A stretch of DNA of 64,000 bases from a bacterium (GCA_021813945.1 JAKAJD010000003.1:109193-173192), one strand, 5' to 3'; counted from the first letter of the stretch, positions 28,988 to 41,826 are shown. Translations and numbers: made by a program. Notes: a model not told the origin generated them from the sequence alone.

Positions 28988-29986
28988 GTGAATAAACTTG
29001 AAGGCCTTGATGTTTCCGGGAAAAGGGTGTTTTTGCGAGCGGATTTGGATGTCCCTTTGGAGGTGGGGGATGTTGATGCGGCGACAAGGCTTAAAAATGT
29101 TAAACCTACTGTGGATTGGCTTTTGGGCCATGGTGCAAAAAACATTGTCATTGCCGGACACATGGGAAGACCAAGCGGACCGGACGAAAAACTTTCAACA
29201 AGAAAAATTTTGGAACCTCTTAAAAAAATTCTCGGGAGAAACGTTGATTTTATGGAGAATGTTGACGCGGTCGAAACGGAGCAGGTAATGCTTTTTGAGA
29301 ACTTACGTTTTTGGGTTGGTGAGACGGAAAATGATTTCGAATTTGCCAAAAGTTTGGCCAAAATTGCGGATTGTTATGTTAACGACGCGTTTGGAAATTG
29401 CCATAGGCCACATGCTTCGATGGTGGGGTTGCCAGAGCTTCTTCCGCATGCGGCAGGGTTGCATTTAGAAAGGGAGGTCGAAGAGCTAAGTAGAATTTTA
29501 GAAAAACCGGAACGGCCTTTTGTGGCAATAGTAGGTGGCGCCAAAATCGAAACTAAGGTTCCGGTAATTTCGAATCTTGCTGGGGTAGCTGATTGGATAT
29601 TGGTTGGTGGAGAACTACCTTTAGAGATTGTAAAACAAAATTTAACATTTGATCAAAAGGTAATTGTTGGTACTTTAACTGGGGACACAAAAGATATTGA
29701 TGATGCAACAATTTCTAAATTTGAGGATGCAATACGCGGCGCCAAAACTATCGTTTGGAATGGTCCCGTAGGACTTTTTGAGGAAGGTTTTACGAAAGGT
29801 ACACTGGAGATTGCCAAATCAATCGTGGAAGGCGGCGCCTATTCTGTCGTTGGTGGTGGAGATTCAACCCAATTTTTGGGACAGCAGGGTTTTCTTTCTA
29901 AATTCTCGTTTGTATCTGCAGGCGGCGGGGCAATGCTGGAGTTTCTTTCGGGTAAAAAACTTCCTGCCATCGAGGCTCTAGGTTAA
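28988..29986 (+). CDS. pgk: phosphoglycerate kinase
   Basis: GKRVFLRADLDVP, GHMGRP and GGGAMLEF motifs. A GTG start at 28988 aligns with the canonical N-terminus; the track start at 28928 overlaps folC. Confidence 0.85.
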   Translation: MNKLEGLDVSGKRVFLRADLDVPLEVGDVDAATRLKNVKPTVDWLLGHGAKNIVIAGHMGRPSGPDEKLSTRKILEPLKKILGRNVDFMENVDAVETEQVMLFENLRFWVGETENDFEFAKSLAKIADCYVNDAFGNCHRPHASMVGLPELLPHAAGLHLEREVEELSRILEKPERPFVAIVGGAKIETKVPVISNLAGVADWILVGGELPLEIVKQNLTFDQKVIVGTLTGDTKDIDDATISKFEDAIRGAKTIVWNGPVGLFEEGFTKGTLEIAKSIVEGGAYSVVGGGDSTQFLGQQGFLSKFSFVSAGGGAMLEFLSGKKLPAIEALG

Positions 29987-30007
29987 GATAGAGTTGCCTA
30001 CAATTTA

Positions 30008-32584
30008 ATGAATTGGTACCAAAAGACTGCCCAAGAGGTACTTGGTGAGCAAAACGCAAACCTGGAGCAAGGTCTTGGGGAAAACGAGGCATTTTCCAGA
30101 CTGAAGGCAACTGGGCCCAATGTTTTGGCTTCTTCTAAAAAGCAGACACTTCTCGATATTTTTCTAAAGCAGTTTAAAAGTCCCCTGATATATGTTTTGA
30201 TTTTTGCGGCGTTTTTGGTTTTGGTGATGGGGCAGTCGACTGATGCCTTGGTTATTATTGCGGTTGTTATTTTGAATTCCATAATTGGGACTTACCAGGA
30301 AGGGAAAGCCAAAAATTCACTTGAAAAATTGCGAAGTTTGGTGAGGCACAGGGCCCTTGTGAGAAGGGATGGGGAGGAAGTCTTGATTTCTTCGGAAGAA
30401 GTTGTGCCTGGCGACATATTGCTTTTGCACGAAGGGGAAAAAGTTTCGGCAGACGCAAGACTTGTTTCGTGTGAATCATTAAAGATAAACGAAGCAGTTT
30501 TGACGGGAGAGGCATATGCCGTTTCAAAAACTTCTGATGTTATTTCCAAAAAAGACCTAGTTTTGGGGGATCAGAAGAACATGGTCTTTTCGGGAACCAG
30601 CGTTGTTTCGGGTTTTGGAGAAGCAGTAGTTGTCGAGACCGGTTATAGTTCGGCATTAGGCCAGATTTCAAAGGAACTTTTGGAGACATCCGAAGTGCCG
30701 CTGCCATTGGCTTCGAAGGTACTTAAGCTGACACATTTTATTGCAATAGCTGTTGTGGCTATCGGTATATTCACGCTCGCGGTGGGTCTTTTGCGCGGCA
30801 TTGATTTTAGGGAGATAGTCGGTGCGGTAATTGGGCTTTCGGTTTCTGTAGTGCCGGAAGGCTTACCCGTTGCAGTAACCATTGTTTTGGCGGGTGGTGT
30901 TTGGAGAATGGCAAAAGCAAAGGCTATTGTTAGGCAAATGGCGGCTGTTGAGGCAATGGGCAATGCAGATACCCTTTTGGTAGACAAAACGGGAACCATC
31001 ACAACCGGCAGGATGGTTATTAAAAAAGTTAATTTTATGGGGATTGTGCTGAGTGTTTCGGGGGAGGGGTATAACCCTAAGGGCAAAATAAGCGGTAACG
31101 GGTCTTATGACAGCCGAAAATTCAAAAAGATACTTTCTTTGGTTTTCCTTTCTTTGAATGCAGATGTTGTACACCATGAACACGAAGGTTGGCGGCCTAT
31201 CGGTGACCCGACGGAGGCTGCTGTTGCCGTTTTGTGTCATAAAGCCGGGCTTTCGAAAGAAAAGCTTGGACAAGAGTATAAAACGGATTTTGCAAAGCCA
31301 TTTGATCCTAAAAAACGCTACATTGAAGCTGCTTTTTCGCAAAAAGGAGAGGGTTGGGATGTTTTTGTCGGAGCACCGGATTTTTTAGCCCGAGATCTTA
31401 AAGTTAACAAAGGGCTTCTTTACGATTACCACAAACTGGCAAAAGAAGGTTTAAGGGTTGTGGGTGTTTGTGTTTTTGGGCCGGGTAAAAAACTTTACGG
31501 TTTTCTGCTTTTGGCAATAGAAGAAGAAATCCGAAGTGTTGTGGAGTGCGCTGTAAAGGAGGCCAAAAACGCTGGTTTCAGGGTGGTTATGATGACTGGG
31601 GATTTTGCGGAAACCGCAAAAGCTATTGCAGGCCGGGTTGGTATTTATGGTCAGGGTGACATTGTGGTGACCGGTGAGGAAGTTGAAAAGCTGGGAAAAG
31701 AAGGCCTTATGGAAAAAGTTAAAAGCGTTACTGTTTTTGCCAGGATTACACCCCAACATAAGTTGACAATAGTCGAGGCATTTAAAAAGCAAGGGCATAT
31801 TGTTGCTATGACCGGTGACGGGATAAACGACGCCCCGGCACTTCAGGCGGCGAATTTGGGAATAGGGCTTGGGTCGGGAACCCAGATTGCAAAAGATGCT
31901 TCGGATATAGTTTTAACAAGCGATAATTTCCAAACGATAGTTTCGGCAATAGCGGAAGGGCGGGCGATCTATCTTTCTTTGAAGAAAGTCATTTTGTATT
32001 TGTTTTCGACAAGTTTGGGGGAGGTGCTTTCGATAGTTGGAGCTATCGTGATCGGCTTACCACTACCATTGGTTGCCGTGCAGATTATCTGGCTTAATTT
32101 TATAACAGATGGTTTTATGGTTGTGGCACTTGCTCAGGATACTCCGCGGCATAAACTGGTTTCTAAGGACGATGTTCAAAGTGAAAGTCTTGTCGATAAT
32201 TTAATGATTCGCCGCAGCATTTTGATGGGAGGATCGATGATGATTGTAGCCTTGCCGGTTTTTTGGTGGTTTTTGGATAATACATCACTTGCTTATGCCC
32301 GGACTATGACTCTTTTGATACTTTCAGCGACCCAGTGGCTTAATGCTCTAAACGTGCGATCAAGAAGTGTTTCGGTATTTTCCAGGAGGCTTGATAACAA
32401 GTTTTTGGTGTTTTCTTTTCTTGCGGTTGTAATTTTGGAGATTCTTGTTATTCAGACTAAGTTTGGTAACGAATTTTTGCATACAACACCTTTAACTTTA
32501 GGATATTGGGTTTTGGGAATTGCTGTTTCGACTCTGATTATTTGGGTGGAGGAGGCCAGGAAGGCCTTGGCAAGACGCAAGTAA
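30008..32584 (+). CDS. P-type cation-transporting ATPase (type IIA, Ca2+/Mg2+-like)
   Basis: DKTGTITTG phosphorylation site, TGDGINDAPALQAA hinge and 10 predicted TM helices. Confidence 0.85.
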   Translation: MNWYQKTAQEVLGEQNANLEQGLGENEAFSRLKATGPNVLASSKKQTLLDIFLKQFKSPLIYVLIFAAFLVLVMGQSTDALVIIAVVILNSIIGTYQEGKAKNSLEKLRSLVRHRALVRRDGEEVLISSEEVVPGDILLLHEGEKVSADARLVSCESLKINEAVLTGEAYAVSKTSDVISKKDLVLGDQKNMVFSGTSVVSGFGEAVVVETGYSSALGQISKELLETSEVPLPLASKVLKLTHFIAIAVVAIGIFTLAVGLLRGIDFREIVGAVIGLSVSVVPEGLPVAVTIVLAGGVWRMAKAKAIVRQMAAVEAMGNADTLLVDKTGTITTGRMVIKKVNFMGIVLSVSGEGYNPKGKISGNGSYDSRKFKKILSLVFLSLNADVVHHEHEGWRPIGDPTEAAVAVLCHKAGLSKEKLGQEYKTDFAKPFDPKKRYIEAAFSQKGEGWDVFVGAPDFLARDLKVNKGLLYDYHKLAKEGLRVVGVCVFGPGKKLYGFLLLAIEEEIRSVVECAVKEAKNAGFRVVMMTGDFAETAKAIAGRVGIYGQGDIVVTGEEVEKLGKEGLMEKVKSVTVFARITPQHKLTIVEAFKKQGHIVAMTGDGINDAPALQAANLGIGLGSGTQIAKDASDIVLTSDNFQTIVSAIAEGRAIYLSLKKVILYLFSTSLGEVLSIVGAIVIGLPLPLVAVQIIWLNFITDGFMVVALAQDTPRHKLVSKDDVQSESLVDNLMIRRSILMGGSMMIVALPVFWWFLDNTSLAYARTMTLLILSATQWLNALNVRSRSVSVFSRRLDNKFLVFSFLAVVILEILVIQTKFGNEFLHTTPLTLGYWVLGIAVSTLIIWVEEARKALARRK

Positions 32585-32602
32585 TCTTGTTAAGCTGGAA
32601 TT

Positions 32603-33655
32603 ATGATAAAAGTTGCAATTAACGGTTTTGGGAGGATTGGCAGACAGGCGTTTAAGGTATGGTTTGAAAAACACCGGGACGAGATGCAGATTGTGGCGAT
32701 TAACGACCTGACGGATGCCGAGGTTTTAGCACATCTTTTGTCCTATGATTCTGTTTATGGGAAGTGGGAAAGGGAAGTCAAAGCGAAGAAACTAATCGAG
32801 GATATAAAGACTGCGAAGGATGGCGAAGCGGTAGGAAATATATCAATTGACGGGGTAGATATTGCCACTTATGCCACAAAAGATCCGGAAAAACTGCCAT
32901 GGAAGAGTTTGGGGATCGATGTAGTTATCGAGTCTACCGGACGTTTTACAAAACATGAGGATGCCGCAAAACACATAACTGCAGGTGCCAAAAAAGTGGT
33001 TATTTCGGCGCCGGGGAAGGAAACGCCGACATTTCTTTTAGGGGTAAATGAGGATAAATATAACGGGGAAGATGTTATTAATAATGCATCTTGCACCACA
33101 AACTGTATTGCGCCGGTTGCCAAAGTAATGAATGATGTTTTTGGAGTCAAAAAGGCAATGATGACAACAATCCATGCGGTTACTGCCGAGCAGAATTTGG
33201 TCGACGGGCCACCGCCGGGAGGTAAGGCAAATGATCTTCGTCGTGCCCGGGCCGCCTACATTAATATAATACCGACAACTTCTGGTGCGGCGATTGCCAC
33301 AACAGAGGCGCTGCCGGAATTAAAGGAAAAGTTTGACGGGTTGGCAATTCGGGTACCGGTTCCGGTCGGGTCGATTTCGGATTTTACATTTCTTTTGGCC
33401 AAGCCAACTTCTGTCGATGAAGTCAATAAGGTGCTATCAGATGCTTCTGAAAAGATGAAAGGGATTTTGGCAGTTTCTTCCGAACCGCTGGTTTCTTCGG
33501 ACATTGTTGGAAGATCGGAATCATCGATAGTTGATCTATCCCTAACTCAAGTTGTCGATGGCGACATGGTTAAGGTTTTTGCCTGGTACGACAATGAGTT
33601 TGGATATAGTAACCGTTTGGTTGAACAAGTGATTCAAGTTGGAAATCATCCGTAA
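32603..33655 (+). CDS. gap: glyceraldehyde-3-phosphate dehydrogenase
   Basis: KVAINGFGRIGR Rossmann motif and the active-site ASCTTNCIAP. Confidence 0.9.
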   Translation: MIKVAINGFGRIGRQAFKVWFEKHRDEMQIVAINDLTDAEVLAHLLSYDSVYGKWEREVKAKKLIEDIKTAKDGEAVGNISIDGVDIATYATKDPEKLPWKSLGIDVVIESTGRFTKHEDAAKHITAGAKKVVISAPGKETPTFLLGVNEDKYNGEDVINNASCTTNCIAPVAKVMNDVFGVKKAMMTTIHAVTAEQNLVDGPPPGGKANDLRRARAAYINIIPTTSGAAIATTEALPELKEKFDGLAIRVPVPVGSISDFTFLLAKPTSVDEVNKVLSDASEKMKGILAVSSEPLVSSDIVGRSESSIVDLSLTQVVDGDMVKVFAWYDNEFGYSNRLVEQVIQVGNHP

Positions 33656-33702
33656 TTTTCCCTCGTTGATTTTGGAAGTTTCAATCGTAATAATAAATAC
33701 CA

Positions 33703-34335
33703 GTGAAAAGCTTAAGAGGATTTTTGTTTCCTCAGGAGGGTGTTTTTTTTGATCTTTTGGAAGAAGAAAGCAAAATTGTTTCCAAAGCCGCTAAATCCCT
33801 TTCCCAATTAACCGAAAATTTTGACCACAAAACAGAAGATTACCGCAGAAAAATAAAAGATTTGGAGCATAAGGGCGATAAGCTAGTTGAGCAAATCCAC
33901 GCCAAATTAAATTCTTCTTTTATTACTCCTATCGATCATGAAGATATTGCGGAACTTGCCAACACTTATGACGATGTTTTGGACGGAATTTATACTTTTG
34001 TAAACAGACTTCATATCTATAACATCAAAAAAACAGACGAAACAATAAAAAGCTTTTCCAAAATTGTTTTGGCAACGACTCAGGAAATTGAAAAGGCTTT
34101 TTGTTCAATGAAAAGACTTTCTCAAAAAGAAATAGATGCAAGGAGCGAAAAAGTTAAAAAGTTGGAACGGGAAGCGGATGACCTTTTGGATAGGTCAACG
34201 GCTGCGCTTTTTAAACGAAAAAATTTTGTGGAGATTTTAAAATACAAGGAACTTTATGAAATTTTGGAAGGGACAACCGATAAATGCATGGACGTATCGG
34301 ATATTTTGCGAAACATTGTACTTAAACACTCATAG
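33703..34335 (+). CDS. DUF47 / PhoU-like phosphate transport accessory protein
   Basis: Helical 210-aa protein immediately upstream of pitA. GTG start. Confidence 0.6.
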   Translation: MKSLRGFLFPQEGVFFDLLEEESKIVSKAAKSLSQLTENFDHKTEDYRRKIKDLEHKGDKLVEQIHAKLNSSFITPIDHEDIAELANTYDDVLDGIYTFVNRLHIYNIKKTDETIKSFSKIVLATTQEIEKAFCSMKRLSQKEIDARSEKVKKLEREADDLLDRSTAALFKRKNFVEILKYKELYEILEGTTDKCMDVSDILRNIVLKHS

Positions 34336-35336
34336 TGGATACTACTTTTCTGGGAATTGTTTTAATCATTCTTCTTGCTTTTATTTTTGATTTTATAAAC
34401 GGGTTTCATGACAGCGCCAACGCTATAGCGACTGTAGTTTCTACCAGGGTTCTTTCGCCAAGGTCGGCGGTTATGATGGCTGCTTTTTTCAATTTTATTG
34501 CTTTTGCAATTTTTGGGGTGGCAGTTGCGGCAACTATTGCAAAAGGGGTTGTAGACCCGCATGCGGTAAACAAAACAGTTATTTTTTCAGCACTTGTCGG
34601 GGCAATCGTTTGGGATTTATATACCTGGAGGGCGGCACTGCCAACTTCTTCTTCACATGCTTTGATCGGTGGCTTAGTGGGTGCTGCCTATGTTAAGGGT
34701 GGGGTTAAGATGCTTATTTTTTCGGGCATCAATAAAATCGTTCTTTTTATGTTCATTTCACCTATTGTAGGTTTAGTTCTCGCGTTTATCATAATGACTT
34801 TGGTTGCACGAGGATTTTATAAAGGGGATGCCGCCAAGCTTAATTTTGCTTTTCGTAAACTACAACTTGTTTCATCTGCATTTTACAGTTTGAGCCATGG
34901 TACCAACGATGCGCAAAAGACGATGGGAATTGTGGCGGTTTTGCTGTATTCTGCAGGATATTTGGGGGACAAATTGTATGTTCCATTATGGGTAGTTTTG
35001 ATGGCGCATGCGGCAATTGCGCTGGGGACTTTGTTTGGCGGTTGGAGAATAGTTAAAACGATGGGCAAAAGGATTGCACATTTGAGGCCGGTTCACGGAT
35101 TCAGTGCGGAAACGGCAAGCGGTTTGGTTTTGTTTGGAAGTGCACACTTTGGGATTCCTGTTTCGACAACGCATGCAATTTCCGGGTCGATTTTAGGAGT
35201 CGGGATGTCGCAAAGGGCAACTGGGGTTCGGTGGATTTTGGCGCGCAAAATTGTTGGGGCTTGGATTTTGACAATTCCGGCTTCTGCGGCTGTTGCGGCA
35301 GCTGTCTACTTAGTTTTGCGGATTTTTTACCTCTAG
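34335..35336 (+). CDS. pitA: inorganic phosphate transporter (PiT family)
   Basis: GFHDSANAIATVVSTR and SHGTNDAQKTMGI PHO4 motifs. GTG start. Confidence 0.85.
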   Translation: MDTTFLGIVLIILLAFIFDFINGFHDSANAIATVVSTRVLSPRSAVMMAAFFNFIAFAIFGVAVAATIAKGVVDPHAVNKTVIFSALVGAIVWDLYTWRAALPTSSSHALIGGLVGAAYVKGGVKMLIFSGINKIVLFMFISPIVGLVLAFIIMTLVARGFYKGDAAKLNFAFRKLQLVSSAFYSLSHGTNDAQKTMGIVAVLLYSAGYLGDKLYVPLWVVLMAHAAIALGTLFGGWRIVKTMGKRIAHLRPVHGFSAETASGLVLFGSAHFGIPVSTTHAISGSILGVGMSQRATGVRWILARKIVGAWILTIPASAAVAAAVYLVLRIFYL

Positions 35337-35456
35337 CTCTTTTTTAAGAGTGAGTGTTGCTCCGATTTTGTTTTTCTGATATACCTTCCCTAGCGCTTCG
35401 CGCTAGGAATTTCTAATTTCCAATTTCAAATTTTAAAAGCGAAGAGCGATTCTGCC

Positions 35457-36302
35457 ATGAACTTATCTAATATCTACGGGCCGAGACCGGAATGGGCCCA
35501 CAAAGGAAATTTCGGAAATGTTTTGGTAGTTTGCGGATCCAAGCTTTACAGTGGGGCTGCGACTTTGGCAGCATCTGCTGCGCTTCGGGCCGGTGCGGAT
35601 ATGGTAACTGTGGCAGCGCCAATGAGAGCGGCAGAAGTTGCAGCGCAAGCTATGCCTGATCTTATGACTTATCCTTTGAAAGGAGATTATGTTGCAAGAC
35701 GGCACCTGAATGACGTTTTTGACCTAGTTCATGTTAGGCATATTAATAGCGTCGTTATGGGTTGTGGATTGGGAAGGCATAATTCGACTGTTAATACTGT
35801 CAAAAAACTAATTACCAAACTCACAATTCCAATGGTTCTGGACGCAGACGCACTCTATGCAATCTCTACAAATCCGGATGTTGTTTATGGTAAGCATGTC
35901 ATCTTAACGCCTCACGCCGGAGAGCTGGCAGTGCTATTAGGGGCAAGAAAAGTGTCTTCTAATTTTGAAGAAAGGTTAGCTGGGGCTAAGCAAGCAGCCC
36001 AAAAATACCGCGCGATTGTGCTTTTAAAAGGGCATGTAGATATTATTACGGACGGCGCGAATACGATTACTAACAATACCGGAACTGCGTATATGACCAA
36101 GGGTGGTTTTGGGGATACCCTTTCGGGGATAGTCGCCGCACTTTTGGCTCGGGGAGTGGGGCTTTTTGAGGCAGCGCATGTTGGGGCCTACATAAACGGT
36201 AAAGCCGGGGAGATGGCAAGTAAGCAATTTGGAGAGGGATTGGCAGCTTCGGATTCTTTTGATTTTATCCCGCAGGTAATTGGGGCTTCTTCCGTATATT
36301 GA
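35457..36302 (+). CDS. nnrD: ADP-dependent NAD(P)H-hydrate dehydratase (YjeF C-terminal domain)
   Basis: GNVLVVCGSKLYSGAATLAASAALRAGADMVTVA and GGFGDTLSGIVAALLA motifs. Confidence 0.7.
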   Translation: MNLSNIYGPRPEWAHKGNFGNVLVVCGSKLYSGAATLAASAALRAGADMVTVAAPMRAAEVAAQAMPDLMTYPLKGDYVARRHLNDVFDLVHVRHINSVVMGCGLGRHNSTVNTVKKLITKLTIPMVLDADALYAISTNPDVVYGKHVILTPHAGELAVLLGARKVSSNFEERLAGAKQAAQKYRAIVLLKGHVDIITDGANTITNNTGTAYMTKGGFGDTLSGIVAALLARGVGLFEAAHVGAYINGKAGEMASKQFGEGLAASDSFDFIPQVIGASSVY

Positions 36303-36564
36303 CAGGTCGACGCCTATTTACTATACTTTCGGGAGTGATTTTTACCCAGCACCTATTTGCGGTGCAGGTTATGGGGTACCAAGATTTAATGTTGAAAATT
36401 TACCAAGTTCCAACAAACAAGGGCGCATTTTGGCGTCTTAAATCTTAACCCCAGTTAAAATTAACAAATAGTTATCAGGACGCGTAAATCCGACGGGTTT
36501 ACCCTGAGGAGTGCAACGACTAAGTTTTCACTAGCAGGGTTTACCCTGAAGTGTTCACACTGAA

Positions 36565-36637
36565 GGGCCCGTAGTTCACCTGGTAGAACACCCCACTTGC
36601 ACTGGGGAGGTAAGCGGTTCGAGTCCGCTCGGGTCCA
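36565..36637 (+). tRNA. tRNA-Ala (UGC)
   Basis: Anticodon loop CTTGCAC. A G3:U70 pair is present in the acceptor stem. Confidence 0.85.
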
Positions 36638-36758
36638 CACTTCGGTCTGGTAAAAGCAGACCTCAGTGTAAACTACTAAGAACGTAATCTTTTAAAGATT
36701 AAAGGGATTACGGAATTAATAGTTTATCCTGAACCAATTTTTGGCGAAGGGGCACCTT

Positions 36759-36781
36759 AACAAGTGAATATTTTGTAAGTA
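36759..36781 (+). other. 5' half of the 23S precursor processing stem (pairs with 39989-40010)
   Basis: aacaagtgaatattttgtaagta is the reverse complement of tacttacaaatattcacttgtt at 39989-40010. Confidence 0.6.
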
Positions 36782-36829
36782 ATTTACATAGAAGTTTGGT
36801 TCTAGCGTTTTTTGAACCGAACGGAATGT

Positions 36830-39955
<3,126 letters not shown>

Positions 39956-39988
39956 TTCATTCCGTTTGGTTTTGAAAGCGTTAGATTT

Positions 39989-40010
39989 TACTTACAAATA
40001 TTCACTTGTT
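39989..40010 (+). other. 3' half of the 23S precursor processing stem
   Basis: Complementary to 36759-36781. Confidence 0.6.
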
Positions 40011-40043
40011 TTTTCTTTCTTTGGACCCGAAATTTTATCAGGG

Positions 40044-40073
40044 TTGACATTTTCACAGTTAGAGGTTTTTAAT
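40044..40073 (+). promoter_or_regulatory. promoter-like TTGACA-18-TTTAAT upstream of the 23S-5S spacer gene cassette
   Basis: TTGACA at 40044-40049. TTTAAT at 40068-40073. Confidence 0.3.
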
Positions 40074-40125
40074 ACGCTTATCCCACACCGCTTAGGCGGG
40101 GCGAGGGATATTTTTTTTGGAAGAC

Positions 40126-40425
40126 ATGAGTTGCGAAGCACATAATGGAAATCTGAAACAAGAAGAGATGGTTGATGGTGTCCATTATCTATTTCCACAT
40201 CACGGTGCCAATCGTCTGGATGCTCAGATCAGGGCAGGAAACGATGGTCCTCAAATACAGTTATTGCGTAGAGAAGTAGAATCGTGGGTTAAAGCGGGAA
40301 GACCTCTTCTCGATACAAATCAACCGGGGGAGCTGGTTAGATCACCTTCCAATTTACCGCTCTGGGACAGGGCAAAAGTGCGACAAATAGTACAAAGCTG
40401 GCAACATAGCAGTAGAGGGTGGTAA
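40126..40425 (+). CDS. hypothetical protein A of the 23S-5S spacer cassette (99 aa)
   Basis: ATG at 40126 (the track shows a TTG at 40117). R/G/Q/P-rich. No recognisable motif. Confidence 0.45.
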   Translation: MSCEAHNGNLKQEEMVDGVHYLFPHHGANRLDAQIRAGNDGPQIQLLRREVESWVKAGRPLLDTNQPGELVRSPSNLPLWDRAKVRQIVQSWQHSSRGW

Positions 40426-40429
40426 TTCT

Positions 40430-40648
40430 ATGGCAGAGCTAGAACAACAAATAATTGCAGCAGGACAGGCACAAGAACAACTGCCGAAGATTGCCGGAGG
40501 TTCCGGATTGTCAAAGTCTGCACTAAGAAGGCGAGAAGCCACTCATCAAGCGCTTGCCGATACTCTTGACCGAATTAAGAGCTTTGATCCATCTTCTTTA
40601 CTACCTGGTGAAAGTCGCACTTATAAACAACAATATATGAGAAGATGA
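40430..40648 (+). CDS. hypothetical protein B (72 aa)
   Basis: SD GAGGGTGG lies 8 nt upstream. Starts 4 nt after protein A. Confidence 0.45.
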   Translation: MAELEQQIIAAGQAQEQLPKIAGGSGLSKSALRRREATHQALADTLDRIKSFDPSSLLPGESRTYKQQYMRR

Positions 40649-40866
40649 ACAGGATAGAGGGTCAGCCTAATATGAATCCAGTTTTGGCTGGTGAAGGCAT
40701 TCGTAGCGGACCAGAAATGCCCAGAGAGTCAAAATCCGCTTTCCGCAGGGCAGTTGATCTTTCTTTTGATGCACAGGATGATGTAAGACGTTTTGCAATA
40801 ATTGCAGATATGGCAGCAGCCGGCACTATATACGAAAAGCCAAAAGGCCGTAAGAGGGGAAGATGA
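40645..40866 (+). CDS. hypothetical protein C (73 aa)
   Basis: ATGA stop/start overlap with protein B. Confidence 0.45.
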   Translation: MNRIEGQPNMNPVLAGEGIRSGPEMPRESKSAFRRAVDLSFDAQDDVRRFAIIADMAAAGTIYEKPKGRKRGR

Positions 40867-41078
40867 GCAGAAGAGAAGACGGACCGCAAAGGGGTAATCA
40901 AACAGAGAGTGCAATGGGTGTTCATGGTAAAGACAGAAAAGAACTTAGAAGGTTAGCCAGATATGCTGCAATGGGTCGAGTCGGAAATTCGGTTCCTGGA
41001 CAGGGTTTCCTGCCGGAATCGCCAATAGTTCCAACACAAGGTCCGGGTGCCCAAAATGAAGGACAATCTAACATTTGA
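40863..41078 (+). CDS. hypothetical protein D (71 aa, R/G-rich)
   Basis: ATGA overlap with protein C. SD AGAGGGGA upstream. Confidence 0.45.
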   Translation: MSRREDGPQRGNQTESAMGVHGKDRKELRRLARYAAMGRVGNSVPGQGFLPESPIVPTQGPGAQNEGQSNI

Positions 41079-41140
41079 ATCGGCCAAGTTTAGTCTTGGC
41101 CTAATTTAATCCCGGTAGGGATTATTTTTTTGGAGAATAT

Positions 41141-41674
41141 ATGCCAGCAAGATCAGAATTATCAATACCTTTAGGCCCAACTGCACGTGTGGACAGGACA
41201 CATCCGGCGCTTAACTCTCCGCGTGTATTAATTGCTGATTTAACTGGGCCACAGAGGATAGAGGCGAAAGCTTCGGATGTTGTTGCAGCTGTAGCTTTAC
41301 AAGTAAAAAGGGATGCTCCGTTTCTTCCCAAATTGGTTGAGGCATTAGGTGGTGTCGAGTCGCTTGATCATTTGACGCGCACAGTTTCGGATATCTGTGG
41401 GAACCGTGCAATAAGTGAATTAAAGGTAGAAGTTATAAAACGGTTCGGTGTGCCCAACGACTACAATGGTTTGCCGTTTGCAGTAAGAGAGGCGACTTTG
41501 CAATGGGCAAGAAAAGAAGATTCTCACCCACAGGTTGCAGCGTCTACTAGGAAAGTTGTCCGGGCGTCACTAAAAATTGAACCTAAATCAGCGTTTAAGC
41601 CTTCAAAATCTGGTAAACCACGAGGCCCAGGTAGTCACACACGCGGAACTAGAGGTAAAGAAGGTAATAGATAG
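41141..41674 (+). CDS. hypothetical protein E (177 aa, basic G/R/K-rich C-terminal tail)
   Basis: SD GGAGAA upstream. Preceded by GC-rich hairpins at 41083-41101 and 41111-41131. Confidence 0.5.
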   Translation: MPARSELSIPLGPTARVDRTHPALNSPRVLIADLTGPQRIEAKASDVVAAVALQVKRDAPFLPKLVEALGGVESLDHLTRTVSDICGNRAISELKVEVIKRFGVPNDYNGLPFAVREATLQWARKEDSHPQVAASTRKVVRASLKIEPKSAFKPSKSGKPRGPGSHTRGTRGKEGNR

Positions 41675-41712
41675 TATTGAAATTTCGAATTGATTCTTGT
41701 AAAATTTGCAAC

Positions 41713-41826
41713 GTGGTGATTTGAGCGAAGTGGAACCACTCCTTCCCATTCCGAACAGGGCAGTGAAACGCTTTAGCGCAGACGATAGTGATTGGGCAAC
41801 TTTTCGCGAAAATATGTCATCGCCAC
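41713..41826 (+). rRNA. rrf: 5S ribosomal RNA
   Basis: CCCATTCCGAACAGGGCAGTGAAACGCTTTAGCGC core. The terminal helix GTGGTGAT pairs with ATCGCCAC. Confidence 0.85.

Noticed and set aside
28894-29361. Minus-strand ORFs overlapping the folC end and the pgk start.
   Set aside because: They are antisense to conserved coding regions and carry no motifs.
39960-41710. I considered whether the 23S-5S spacer ORFs belong to a group I/II intron or encode a homing endonuclease, as seen in intron-bearing rRNA genes.
   Set aside because: The ORFs lie outside the 23S processing stem rather than inside conserved 23S sequence. I found no LAGLIDADG, GIY-YIG, HNH or reverse-transcriptase motifs. They are kept as a separate finding, not as an intron.
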